Origin: an uncultured Planctomycetota bacterium
GTDB lineage: Bacteria; Planctomycetota; PLA2; JAEUHO01
Length of the DNA stretch: 64,000 bases
Assembly (NCBI GenBank): GCA_963752285.1
Contig: CAVVXN010000005.1
Coordinates: 864,001-928,000, forward strand
Reading direction: 5' to 3'
The position numbers and the translations under genes are program-made. The notes under the pieces were generated by a model. That model had not been told where the DNA came from, did no database searches, and worked only from the letters and a program-made list of their open reading frames with translations. Positions 18,709 to 28,575 of the stretch are shown here, piece after piece; the first letter of the stretch is position 1; every line of letters begins with the position of its first letter.

Positions 18709-20475
18709 GTGAACGATCCGCAGGCGAAGACCCTCGTCGCGTTGGGCATCGTGTTCCTGGGCGCCGTTCTCCCCGGGGTCGGCCTCGACCTGGTGGCGAT
18801 CCTGGCCGTCACGTTCCTCGTGGTCGGAGGCGTGCTCACCGCGGACGACGCGGCCGCCGGGTTCGGCAGCACGACGATGCTCACCGTCGCGTGCATGTTC
18901 GTCCTGGCGGAGGCCCTGCAGCAGACGGGCGCGGCCGACCGCGTCACGCACTTCGCGCGACAGGCGGGCCGGGTCGGCGTGCGCCGGCTCTTCATTCTCC
19001 TCCTGCCGATGGTGATGCTCCTCTCGGCGTTCATGAACAACACGGGCGTCGTCGTGCTCCTCCTCCCGGCGTTCGTCGCGATCGCCGACGAGCACGGCCT
19101 GCCGCCGAGCCGGCTCCTGATCCCGCTCTCCTACGCGGCGATCCTCGGCGGGACCATGACGCTCGTCGGCACGACGACGAACCTCCTCGTGGACGGCATG
19201 GTCCGCCAGGCCGGCATGGAGGGGATCCGTCTCCTCGACTTCCTGCCGGTCGGCGGCGCGTTCGCCGCCGTGGGTCTCGTCTACCTGATCGTGGTGGGAC
19301 CGCGCCTCGTCCCGGACCGCATGGGTCTCTCGACGCTCGGACCGAAGTCGCAACGCTCGGACTACCTGACCGAGGTGGTCCTGGGACGCGGCTCCCGCCT
19401 CGTCGGCCGCACGCTGGACGAGGTCGTCGCGACGACGGCGGGCGTGCGCTTCCTCGAGATCGTGCGCGGCGAGGAGACGCTCTGGCCACCGTACACGGGG
19501 ATCCACCTGCAGGAGGGCGACCTGCTCCTCGTGAAGGGGCCGCCCCAGGCCATCGTCGCGCTGCTCCAGGAGCGCGGCCTCTCGGGTCCGCCCGACGGAG
19601 AGGGCCGCGTGATGGACGTCACCCTCGAGCTCGCCGAGGTGATGATCGCGCCGGGCTCGCGCATCGAGCGCACGACGGTGAGCGCGGCGGGCCTGCGGCG
19701 GCGCTTCGGCGTGGTGATCCTCGCGGTGCTGCGCCGCGGCGAGCACCTGCGCCAGCACCTCGGCTCGGTCGCGTTGCAGGTCGGCGACCTCCTGCTCGTG
19801 CAGGGCGAGGAGCGCGACCTCGCCCGACTCGGCTCGTCCCCCGACCTGATCCTCCTCGGCGGGCCCCGACCGCGCGCGCCGAGGCGACACAAGGCGGTGC
19901 TCGCGGTGACCGTCGTGGCCGTCGCGCTCGCCGCGGCCGCGGCCGGCTGGCTCGCCCTCCCGGTCGCCGCGCTCGTCGCGAGCGTCGGCCTCGTGGCCGG
20001 CCGGTGCATCTCGAGCGGGCAGGCGTACCGCGCGATCAACCTGCGACTGGTGGTGATCCTGGGCTGCATGCTCGGGGTCGGCCTCGCGGTCCACAAGACG
20101 GGCCTCGCGCACGCGGTCGCGGAGTCGATCGTGTCGCTCGGCCGACCCTGGGGGCCCGTCGGGATGCTCGCGGCCATCTACCTCGCGACCTCGCTCCTGA
20201 CGGAGGTGGTGACGAACGCGGGCACGGCGAGCATCATGGTGCCCGTCGCGCTCGAGACCGCGCAGCTCGCGTCCGTGTCGCACCGCCCGTTCGTGATGGC
20301 GGTCGCGCTCGCGGCCTCCTGCAGCATGCTGACGCCCATCGGCTACCAGACGAACCTGCTGGTGTACGCGCCGGGCGGGTACCGGTTCCTCGACTACCTC
20401 CGCGTCGGGCTGCCGCTGGAGCTCCTCCTCTGGGGGATCGCGACCCTCCTCCTTCCCGTCGTGTTCCCGTTCTGA
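18709..20475 (+). CDS. SLC13-family permease with TrkA-C domains
   Basis: SAFMNNT, LLIPLSYAAILGGTMTLVGTTTNL, two RCK-C-like segments, TPIGYQTNLLVYAPGGYRFLDY. Confidence 0.92.
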   Translation: MNDPQAKTLVALGIVFLGAVLPGVGLDLVAILAVTFLVVGGVLTADDAAAGFGSTTMLTVACMFVLAEALQQTGAADRVTHFARQAGRVGVRRLFILLLPMVMLLSAFMNNTGVVVLLLPAFVAIADEHGLPPSRLLIPLSYAAILGGTMTLVGTTTNLLVDGMVRQAGMEGIRLLDFLPVGGAFAAVGLVYLIVVGPRLVPDRMGLSTLGPKSQRSDYLTEVVLGRGSRLVGRTLDEVVATTAGVRFLEIVRGEETLWPPYTGIHLQEGDLLLVKGPPQAIVALLQERGLSGPPDGEGRVMDVTLELAEVMIAPGSRIERTTVSAAGLRRRFGVVILAVLRRGEHLRQHLGSVALQVGDLLLVQGEERDLARLGSSPDLILLGGPRPRAPRRHKAVLAVTVVAVALAAAAAGWLALPVAALVASVGLVAGRCISSGQAYRAINLRLVVILGCMLGVGLAVHKTGLAHAVAESIVSLGRPWGPVGMLAAIYLATSLLTEVVTNAGTASIMVPVALETAQLASVSHRPFVMAVALAASCSMLTPIGYQTNLLVYAPGGYRFLDYLRVGLPLELLLWGIATLLLPVVFPF

Positions 20476-20540
20476 CGCGGCGCCGGCTCGGTCTGTGAAG
20501 GAAGGGGCCGAAGCCCCGGTCTCGATTCCTTCACAGGCGC

Positions 20541-21515
20541 TCAGTCGGAGGGAGCGCGCGCGAGCGCGCGGACGACGTCCCCTACGTGGACGGCGAGGAG
20601 CGACAGGCCGACGAGCGCCGCGACGACCGCGCCCGCGAGATCGGCGCCGCGCGTCGCGAGGAGCAGGCACGAGAGGGAGAGCGCGGCGTACCGGACCGCG
20701 ACCACGACCGCGGGCGTTCCGGCGGCGACGAGCCGCTGGTACGGGTGCCAGCGGTGCGGCGCGGTCCACCCGAAGCCGTGGCGCCGCTTCAGCACCACGC
20801 CCCACGCGACGTCCAGCGCAGCCGGAAGGAGCACGGCGGCGACCGCCACGAGCGGGAGGCCGGCCCCCGCGGCGGGCCCGTCGAGCGCGAGCGTGGCGGC
20901 GAGGAACCCGAGCGCGTGCGTCGTCGCGTCGCCGGGGAACACCCGCGCGGGCGTGCGGTTCCAGGCCGCGAGCGCGAGGAGACCGCCGAGCGCCGCCGCG
21001 TACACCGCGCCGGCGTCGCCGCCCGCCCCCGCCCCCGCGCCGAGGAGCACCGCGCCCGTCGCGCACGTGATGGCGTCGATGCCGTCGAGGAAGTTCACGA
21101 CGTTCGTCACGACGAGGACGAAGGCGGCGACGAGCGCGACGTTTGCGGGATCGGGAAGCGAGACCGTGTCGGGGAGGCTGGCGCCCGAGAGCGCCGCGTA
21201 GCCGACCGCGGCCGCGACCTGGAGGCACAGCTTGGACGGGCCCGCGATCCGGCCCAGGTCGTCGAGCGCGCCGACCGCAAAGAACGCGAGCGCGCCGAGC
21301 GAGACCGGGAGCCCGAGGCGCGCGGGCGCGAGGAGGGCGAGCGCGAGGGCCCCCGCCAGGAGCGCGCCCACCCCGCCGGTCCGGGGGACGGGCCGCGCGT
21401 GGACGCGGCGCGCATCGGGGCGGTCCAGGAGGCCGATCCGGCGGCCGATCCGCGCCGCCGCCCCGACGCCGGCGAGCCCGAGGAGGAAGGCGAGGGCGGC
21501 GGCGGTCTCGGGCAC
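20541..21515 (-). CDS. MraY/WecA-family (glycosyltransferase family 4) phosphoglycosyl transferase
   Basis: DRPDARRVHARPVPRTGG, GALDD, NVVNFLDGID, NRTPARVFPGD; multi-TM. Confidence 0.85.
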   Translation of the reverse strand: MPETAAALAFLLGLAGVGAAARIGRRIGLLDRPDARRVHARPVPRTGGVGALLAGALALALLAPARLGLPVSLGALAFFAVGALDDLGRIAGPSKLCLQVAAAVGYAALSGASLPDTVSLPDPANVALVAAFVLVVTNVVNFLDGIDAITCATGAVLLGAGAGAGGDAGAVYAAALGGLLALAAWNRTPARVFPGDATTHALGFLAATLALDGPAAGAGLPLVAVAAVLLPAALDVAWGVVLKRRHGFGWTAPHRWHPYQRLVAAGTPAVVVAVRYAALSLSCLLLATRGADLAGAVVAALVGLSLLAVHVGDVVRALARAPSD

Positions 21516-21634
21516 CCCGTCCTTGTAGCCCCTCGTCCGCCCGCCCGAAACCTCGGCGACCCGCAGGGGTACGGCCTGTCGAGAGCACGGTCGCCCCGCC
21601 CCCGCGGGCGCTCGGCGACCCGGAGGTGCCCGCC

Positions 21635-22852
21635 GTGCCCACCCGCCTCGCGTCGAAGGCCGCGCTCGCGCACCTGGCCCGGCGCGCGGGCTTTGGTCCG
21701 GACCTCGCCACGTGGGGGGAACGCGCCGGCGACGATCCCGACGCGGCCCTCCGGGCGGTCCTCGCGTCGCTGGGGACGCCGGCGGCCGGGGCGCCCGCAG
21801 CTTCGACCTCCGAGGAAGCGGACTTCGATCCCTACGCGCCGGCGGCGATCCAGACGCGCGCGCTCTCGTCGATGCTTTGGAGCCCCGCGCCGCTTCGCGA
21901 GCGGCTCGCGCTCGTCTGGCACGACCACTTCGCGACGAGCGACGCGAAGGTCCGCGACCCCGGCGCGATGTGGCGGCAGTGGCGCCTCCTTCACGCGCGC
22001 GGATCCGGGCGGCTCGAGGCGCTCGTCGTTGGGCTGCTCGAGGACGTCGCGATGCTCCGCTGGCTCGACGGCGACGCGAACCGGAAGGGTCAGCCCAACG
22101 AGAACCTCGCACGCGAGCTGCTGGAGCTCTTCCTCCTCGGGCGCGGGCGCTACGACGAGCACGACGTGCGCGAGGTGGCCCGCGCCCTCACGGGCGCGAC
22201 GACGAGGGGCGGCGCGTACGCGTTCGACCCCGCGCTCCACGACGACGGCGAGAAGACCGTACTCGGTGCGCGCGGACGCCTGGACGCCGCGGGCGTCGTG
22301 CGCCTCCTCGTCCACTCGGACGCCTGTCGCCGCCACGTCGCGCGGCGGCTCCTCGCGTCGTTCGTCACGCCAGCGCCGGACGAGGCCGACGTCGTTCGCG
22401 TCGCGCGCCGCCTCGCACAGAGCGACGGCGACGTCGGAGCGGGGCTCGCCGCGGTGTTCGAGCCGGACCATTTCTTCCGGCGCGAGCACGCACACACGCT
22501 CGTGCGGGGCCCGGTCGAGACCCTGGTGGCCGCACTCCGCGCGGCGGGCGCGCGCGAGGTGCCCTCCTGGGCGCACGCCGTTCTCGCCCGCGCCGGGCAG
22601 ACGCTCTTCCGACCGCCCTCGGTCAAAGGCTGGCCTGCGGGCGCACGCTGGCTCACGACGGCCACCACGGTCGCGCGGGTGGACCTCGCGTCGCGCGTCG
22701 CGGACGGCGTGGCGGACGGCGACGCCGACCAGGTCGTCGAGACCGCGTACGCGGGCGACGTCCCCTCGTCGGTCGCGCGGGTGCTTCGCGGCGTGCGCGG
22801 CCGCCGCCGCGTCGCGATCGCGCTCGCCGCGCCGGAGTTCCAGGTCGCATGA
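21635..22852 (+). CDS. DUF1800 family protein
   Basis: HLARRAGFG, PLRERLALVWHDHFATS, MLRWLD, PNENLARELLELF, PPSVKGW, PEFQ. Confidence 0.9.
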   Translation: MPTRLASKAALAHLARRAGFGPDLATWGERAGDDPDAALRAVLASLGTPAAGAPAASTSEEADFDPYAPAAIQTRALSSMLWSPAPLRERLALVWHDHFATSDAKVRDPGAMWRQWRLLHARGSGRLEALVVGLLEDVAMLRWLDGDANRKGQPNENLARELLELFLLGRGRYDEHDVREVARALTGATTRGGAYAFDPALHDDGEKTVLGARGRLDAAGVVRLLVHSDACRRHVARRLLASFVTPAPDEADVVRVARRLAQSDGDVGAGLAAVFEPDHFFRREHAHTLVRGPVETLVAALRAAGAREVPSWAHAVLARAGQTLFRPPSVKGWPAGARWLTTATTVARVDLASRVADGVADGDADQVVETAYAGDVPSSVARVLRGVRGRRRVAIALAAPEFQVA

Positions 22853-24027
22853 CGCCGTCCCGCCCCCCCACCCGACGTGACGTACTCCAGGGCCTCGCGG
22901 CGGCTGGCCTCGTCGCGGCGCTCCCCGCGTCGCTCCTCGCCGCGCCGAGGACGCGCCGGCGCCGGACCGTGATCTGGCTCCACCTGCGGGGAGGGAACGA
23001 CGCGCTCGCCACCGTCGCCCCCATGCGCGACGCGCGCTACCGGCGTCTCCGTCCGACGCTCGCGCCCGACCCGGATGCGGTCCTGGACCTCGCGGACGGT
23101 CGCACCCTGGCGCCCGCGCTCCAGGGCCTTCACGGACTCTGGAAGCGCGACCGCCTCGCGATCGTGGAGGGCGTCTCGTGGCCGCGGCCCGACCTCAGCC
23201 ACTTCCGTTCCACCGCGCTCTGGCACGCGGGCCGCGAGCGCACGATCGACGGCTGGGCGGGCCGCGCGCTCGCGAACGAGTCGCACGGCCTTCGCGCGGT
23301 CGCGCTCGCGGACGAGCCGCCGTTGCTCCTGGAGGGCGCGGGTCCGACGACCGCGGTGTTCCGCGAGCCCTCGGCGCTCGCCGAACCCGCGGACGCCGAC
23401 GCCGTGCGCCTCCTCTATCGCGCCGGCGCGATCTCGCCCCGCGCCGTGGGCGAGGTCGCGCGCGTCGGCGCCGAGGCGCTCGACGTCGCGTCGCGGCTCG
23501 CACGACTCGCCCCCGTGCCCCTCACGCACGGCGGCGCGGGCGGGCCCGGGCCCTCGCGACTCGCCACCGACCTCGGCCTGGCCCTCGCGCTCGTCGCGTC
23601 CGAGCCCGACCTCGCCGTGGTCTCGCTCGCACACGACGGCTACGACACGCACGCGAACCAGGCCGCCACGCACGCCGCCCTCCTCGGGGACCTCGGCCGC
23701 TCCCTCGCGAGCTTCCAGGGCGAGGTGGAACGTCGCGGACTCGGGGACCGGGTCGCGGTGTTCGTCTGGAGCGAGTTCGGACGCCGTGCGGCGGAGAACG
23801 CGTCGGCCGGCACCGACCACGGCACCGCCGGCGTGGTGTTCGTCGTGGCCGAGGGCCTCCAGCCCGGCCTCTACGGCGCGCCCCCGGCCCTCGACGACCT
23901 CCGGGACGGAAACCTCGTGCCCACCACCGACCTGAGGCGCGTGGAGGCCGAGGCGCTCGCCTACGCGCTCGACGTCGATCCCGTTCCGGTCCTCGGTCCG
24001 CACGCGCCCCTGGAGATCCTCTCGTGA
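22849..24027 (+). CDS. DUF1501 family protein with Tat-like signal
   Basis: TRRDVL signal; GGNDAL, SHFRS, GYDTHANQ, SEFGRR..ENASAGTDHG. Confidence 0.9.
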   Translation: MTPSRPPTRRDVLQGLAAAGLVAALPASLLAAPRTRRRRTVIWLHLRGGNDALATVAPMRDARYRRLRPTLAPDPDAVLDLADGRTLAPALQGLHGLWKRDRLAIVEGVSWPRPDLSHFRSTALWHAGRERTIDGWAGRALANESHGLRAVALADEPPLLLEGAGPTTAVFREPSALAEPADADAVRLLYRAGAISPRAVGEVARVGAEALDVASRLARLAPVPLTHGGAGGPGPSRLATDLGLALALVASEPDLAVVSLAHDGYDTHANQAATHAALLGDLGRSLASFQGEVERRGLGDRVAVFVWSEFGRRAAENASAGTDHGTAGVVFVVAEGLQPGLYGAPPALDDLRDGNLVPTTDLRRVEAEALAYALDVDPVPVLGPHAPLEILS

Positions 24028-25343
24028 AGCGTCCCGCCGCCGCGTTCGTCGCCGCCCTCTCGGCCTTCTTCGCCCTGGCGACCCTCCTCCCCCCCGCGCG
24101 CGCGGACGGCCCGGCTCGCGCGTCGTTCGATCCCGCCGGCCTCGACGTGCTTCCCGTGCACGACGTGGAGTGGGCCCTCCTCGCCCGCGACCATCCGGAC
24201 GACGTCGCCGAGCTCCTCGTCCTCGGACAGCGCGCGAAGAAGATCGGCGAGCACCTCGCCGCCCGTCCGGACCCGAACGACGCGGGCGGACGCATCCTCC
24301 GGGCGGAGTCGCAGCGCGTCGTCGAGCAGATCGCCGAGCGCATCGACGCGCTCCGGCCCGCGCTCGCCGCGCTCGGGATCGACGACGACGTCCTCTCCGT
24401 GACGCGCGACGTGCCCGCGGGGCCGCGCCGTCCGGTGCGCCAGGCGGTCCGGCTCGTGGGGATGGCGCCCGGCGTCGCGGCGCGCGCGAAGGCGCTCCTC
24501 GAGGTCCTCGTCCCCCGCGTGGACGGCGCGCTCCTCGCGCTCGACGCCGCCGTGCAACGCGAACGGGCCGCCGGCGCGACGTCGGCCGACGCGCTCGCGA
24601 CCGAGGCCGCCGCCCTCGAGCGTCGGTTCTGGCGTGTGGTGGACGCCGCGCTCGACGACGCGGCGCGCGCGTGGCTGCGCCGGCGCCTGCCGAACGACGT
24701 CGCGAAGTCGAGCGACCTGCTCGAGCACGTCTTCCTCCTCCCGGACCTCACCCCCTCGCAGCTCGCGCGCATCCAGGCGCTCGTGGTCGGCGTGGACGCC
24801 GCCAGCGCGGGTGATCGCGCGGCGCTCGCGAAGATCCCGGGCGGTCCCCTCGCGCCGGCCGGGCGCGAGCCGGCGCTCCGCCTGGCGGGCGTCGTGGCCG
24901 ACGCGTGGGCGCGCGGCCTCGCGATCCTGACGCCCGCGCAACGCCTCGCGCTGGCCGCCCTCCCGCCGCGGCTGACCGCGAAGGAGCGGGGGGGCGATCT
25001 GAAGGAGGTGCTCGCGGCCGTGGACCTCGACCCCGCGGAGCAGGAGGCCGCGCGTCGCCTCGCCGTCGCGTACGGCCCGACGAAGGGCCGGCTCGCCGAG
25101 CGCCTCGTCGCGCTCGCGCTCCGGGCGCGGGCCGAGCCGGCGGAGAGCCCGCGGGCGGCGGGCCTCCAGGCGGAGTCCCTCGCGGCCTACGCCTCGGCGC
25201 TCCTCGACGCGCGGCGCGCGGCGACGGCGGTGTTCGTGGACCTCCTCCGGCCCGACCAGGTCACGCAGTGGGTGCTCGGAAACGGCGCCGGCGCGGCCGC
25301 GCGCGGCCCGTCATCGCCCCCCGCCGCCAAGGGTCAGGGATAG
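24024..25343 (+). CDS. Secreted helical hypothetical protein with LTxxQ-like motifs
   Basis: Signal peptide; LTPSQ, LTPAQR, LRPDQ motifs reminiscent of Spy/CpxP. Confidence 0.55.
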   Translation: MKRPAAAFVAALSAFFALATLLPPARADGPARASFDPAGLDVLPVHDVEWALLARDHPDDVAELLVLGQRAKKIGEHLAARPDPNDAGGRILRAESQRVVEQIAERIDALRPALAALGIDDDVLSVTRDVPAGPRRPVRQAVRLVGMAPGVAARAKALLEVLVPRVDGALLALDAAVQRERAAGATSADALATEAAALERRFWRVVDAALDDAARAWLRRRLPNDVAKSSDLLEHVFLLPDLTPSQLARIQALVVGVDAASAGDRAALAKIPGGPLAPAGREPALRLAGVVADAWARGLAILTPAQRLALAALPPRLTAKERGGDLKEVLAAVDLDPAEQEAARRLAVAYGPTKGRLAERLVALALRARAEPAESPRAAGLQAESLAAYASALLDARRAATAVFVDLLRPDQVTQWVLGNGAGAAARGPSSPPAAKGQG

Positions 25344-25403
25344 AGTTGGGCCCCGATCCGCCGGCCGGGCCGCTCGGACCGGCGTCGGGAGAGGTGCGGG
25401 GCG

Positions 25404-26375
25404 TTGAAGATCCACGAGGTCGTCGTCGTCGGCGCCGGGCTGGCCGGGGCGTCCACCGCGTGGCACCTCGCGCAAAGGGGCATAGACGACGTCCTGCTGT
25501 TCGAGCGCGAGGCGACGCCGGGGGTCCACTCCTCGGGGCGCAACGCCAGCATGGTCCGCGAGCGGGTGCGCGACGCGACGTGGCAGCCCCTGGCCACCGA
25601 GGGGGCGGCGTTCCTCCGCGAAGGGAGGTTCGCCGAGTTCAAGCGGACGGGCAGCCTGCTCCTCGGGCTCGGCGACGAGAACGCGGCCGCGCACGTGCCG
25701 ATCGCGCGCGGAAGCGGGCTCTGGTGCCCCGACGACGGTCTCGTGGACGTCGCCGCGCTCCTCGCCGGCTACCTCTACGGTCGCGACGTGCGCTACGGGA
25801 CGAGCGTCCGCGGCTGGTCCCGCGCGGGCGATCATCTCGTGGTGCAGACGTCGGCCGGAGAGATCGGCGCCCGGACGCTCGTGAACGCGGCGGGACCGTG
25901 GGCCGGCGAGGTGGGCGGGATCCCGATGACCCCGCTGAACCGCCACGTCTTCGTGACCGAGCCGATGCCGGACGTGGACCCCGCCTGGCCGTTCGTCTGG
26001 GACGTGGACGCCGGCTTCTACTTTCGCCCCGAGTCGGGAGGACTCCTGCTCTCGCCGTGCGACGAGACGTCGGCACCTCCCGGCGCGTACGTCCAGGACG
26101 AGGCGCAGCTCGAACGGCTCGCGTGGCTGGTGGAGACGCGCCAGCCCGCGCTCGGGGACCTCAAGATCGCGTACCGCTGGGTGGGCCAGCGCACGTTCGC
26201 CGCCGACCGCGCGCCCGTGATCGGACGAGACCCCGCGGAAGCCCGTCTCGTGCACGTGGCCGGCCTGGGGGGCCACGGGGTGACGGGCTCCTTCGCGGTG
26301 GGCCGGGTCGCCGCGGACGCGGTGCTGGGCGAGGCCGTTCCCGAGTCGGTGGACCCCGCGCGCCTCGCGAGGTAG
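25404..26375 (+). CDS. FAD-dependent oxidoreductase (DAO/glycine-oxidase-like family)
   Basis: VVVVGAGLAG, SSGRNA, VNAAGPWA, FYFRPE, PVIG, GLGGHG. Confidence 0.88.
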   Translation: MKIHEVVVVGAGLAGASTAWHLAQRGIDDVLLFEREATPGVHSSGRNASMVRERVRDATWQPLATEGAAFLREGRFAEFKRTGSLLLGLGDENAAAHVPIARGSGLWCPDDGLVDVAALLAGYLYGRDVRYGTSVRGWSRAGDHLVVQTSAGEIGARTLVNAAGPWAGEVGGIPMTPLNRHVFVTEPMPDVDPAWPFVWDVDAGFYFRPESGGLLLSPCDETSAPPGAYVQDEAQLERLAWLVETRQPALGDLKIAYRWVGQRTFAADRAPVIGRDPAEARLVHVAGLGGHGVTGSFAVGRVAADAVLGEAVPESVDPARLAR

Positions 26376-26391
26376 CACGCCGCCCCGCCCC

Positions 26392-28368
26392 TCACCGGTG
26401 CGCGTTCCGCTGCGCTCTCAGCTGGGCGAGGTGCGGCGGCACGTTCCGGTTCAGCGGATCCAGGGCGACCTGACGGGCGAACGCGTCGATCGCACCGTCC
26501 AGGTCGCCGGCGATCTCGCGCGCGGACCCGAGGCGGAACCAGCGCAGGTCGTCGTCGGGGACGTCCGCCGCGTCGCGTTCGAGCTCCGGGAGGGCCTGGT
26601 CCAGCAGGCGGCGGTTCTCCCGGACGCGGTCCCACCCCTCCAGGGCCGCCCGCGCCGCGCGTCGCCGGACCGGGAGCGACGGGTCCTTCAGCGCGTCGAG
26701 GAGGGTCGCGTCCACGTCGGTGCCCCGGATCCCGGCGAGCGCGCCGACGGCCTCGCGGCGGACGAGCGAGTCGTCGTCCGTCGCGTAGAGGAGCAGCGCC
26801 TCCCGGGCCGCGTCGCCGTGCGGCGCGAGGAGGCGGGCCGCGGTGGCGCGGTAGAAGCGCGGCGCGTCGCGGTCGCCGAGGAGGGTCGTGAGCGCCACGA
26901 GCGTCGCGGGGCTCGCGTCGCGGTCTTGGCGGGCCGCCGCGAGGATGCGTTCGTACCGTTTCATCGGCCGCGCGTCGGGCCACCATCCCCGCCGGGCCCC
27001 CACGACCTTCTCGTGGTCCAAGGCGGGCGCGCCCGGCGGCGCGCCCCGGGCGCCCGTGTGGCACCACGTGCAGGCGTCCAACGCCAGGCGGTCGCTCGTC
27101 GCCTCGGGGCGCGGGATCGAGATCGTGTGGTCCACCACCACGCCCCGTCCCCGCTCGATGCGCAGGAACGGCATGTGGCAGTCCACGCACCGGCCCCCCG
27201 GCGCGTGCGCGGGATGGTGCGAGTGCGGCTCGGGGTCCGACGTCAGGTTCTCGTGGCAGTCGCTGCACATCGAGTCGTCGCCGAGCGGCACGTAGAGCGA
27301 CACGTCGCGCTCGGTCCCGTGCGGGTCGTGACAGGTGACGCACGTCATCTTGCCCTCGGCCGCGCAGCGGCTCACGAGGAACGGGAGGCCCGCGTAGACG
27401 AGACGCACGGGCCGGCCGAACGCGTCCACACGCTCGGGGTCGTCGAGCAGGGAGGGGTCCACGTGCTCGAAGACGTCGTCGCCCGGCCGCCACCGGTGGT
27501 CGAGACGTTCGCCCTCCATGTGGCATCGGATGCAGATCCCGACGGCCTGGTCCCGCGAGAGCCCCTGGATCGGGAAGATCGGGTCGGTGCCCGACCCCGC
27601 CTCCCCCGCGGGCACGCCGTGGCGGGCGGGCGCGTAGTAGCGCGCGTGGTCGGCGCCCGGACCGTGGCACGCTTCGCACTCGATGCCCGCGCGCTGCCAC
27701 CTCGCGTGTCCCGGGTTGCCGTCCGGCGTCGGCGGGACCACGGAGCGGCCCGTGACGTGGCACTCCGAGCACCGGGCGCCGAACGCGCGTACGGGGCCGG
27801 TCCAGAACGTCGGGTCCCCCGGCTCGACCTGCGGCACCTCGTCGTACGCGCCGGCGGCCGTGGCGGTCCCCATCGCGCCGTAGATGAGCACCGTGTAGTC
27901 GAACCACTGGTCCTCGGGCAGGTCGAGCATGCCGGGCAGGATCTGGAGCCGGCCGTCGGGGAGCGTCGTCAGGTACATCTGGACGCGGCGGCGGCCGAGG
28001 ACGTACGTGAGCGGGTACGTCACGTCCTTCCCCTCGGGTCCCATCGTGGTGGCGTAGGCGCGCCAGTCGTCGCCCTGGCCCTCCGCGATGAAGCTCGTGC
28101 GGCCGGGCGGGTGCTCGACGGTCCGGCCCTCGCGGATCGCCGCCGGCACGTCGTCGGGCCGCGCCCGCTCGAGCGTGTGCGCGTGCGTGCTCGGCGCCCA
28201 CGCGAGGTATTCGACGCCGTGGCAGGCCTGGCAGCCCTGGGCGCCGAGGAGCGCGCCTCCCGACTCGTCCGGACGCGCGTTCGGCGCGAGGAGCACGCCG
28301 ACCCCTGCGAGGAGGACGACCGACAAGACGGTCAGTGCGGCGCGGAAGGTGGCGCGTCGGGCGGACAT
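26392..28368 (-). CDS. Membrane-anchored octaheme c-type cytochrome with C-terminal HEAT/TPR repeats
   Basis: Eight CxxCH motifs (CQACH, CSECH, CEACH, CIRCH, CVTCH, CSDCH, CVDCH, CTWCH); N-terminal TM; DSLVRREAV, PSLPVRRRAA; TPR-like end. Confidence 0.88.
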   Translation of the reverse strand: MSARRATFRAALTVLSVVLLAGVGVLLAPNARPDESGGALLGAQGCQACHGVEYLAWAPSTHAHTLERARPDDVPAAIREGRTVEHPPGRTSFIAEGQGDDWRAYATTMGPEGKDVTYPLTYVLGRRRVQMYLTTLPDGRLQILPGMLDLPEDQWFDYTVLIYGAMGTATAAGAYDEVPQVEPGDPTFWTGPVRAFGARCSECHVTGRSVVPPTPDGNPGHARWQRAGIECEACHGPGADHARYYAPARHGVPAGEAGSGTDPIFPIQGLSRDQAVGICIRCHMEGERLDHRWRPGDDVFEHVDPSLLDDPERVDAFGRPVRLVYAGLPFLVSRCAAEGKMTCVTCHDPHGTERDVSLYVPLGDDSMCSDCHENLTSDPEPHSHHPAHAPGGRCVDCHMPFLRIERGRGVVVDHTISIPRPEATSDRLALDACTWCHTGARGAPPGAPALDHEKVVGARRGWWPDARPMKRYERILAAARQDRDASPATLVALTTLLGDRDAPRFYRATAARLLAPHGDAAREALLLYATDDDSLVRREAVGALAGIRGTDVDATLLDALKDPSLPVRRRAARAALEGWDRVRENRRLLDQALPELERDAADVPDDDLRWFRLGSAREIAGDLDGAIDAFARQVALDPLNRNVPPHLAQLRAQRNAHR

Positions 28369-28575
28369 CAGAGGGAGGATACCGCGGCGTCGCCCGTCGC
28401 CGGCCCGCCGGGTCGGAGGCGTCGTCCGCGGGCGTCGGGTAGGGGCCTGGATCCACGGCGGGCGGGGCCCGGGCCCGAGCACGTGCACGCTCTCGGGCAA
28501 CGCGGGCGCGACCGCCCGTCGCGCCCGTGCTCGATCTCGTGCCCCGCGAAGCCGCGGGACGGACGGGGCCCCGCC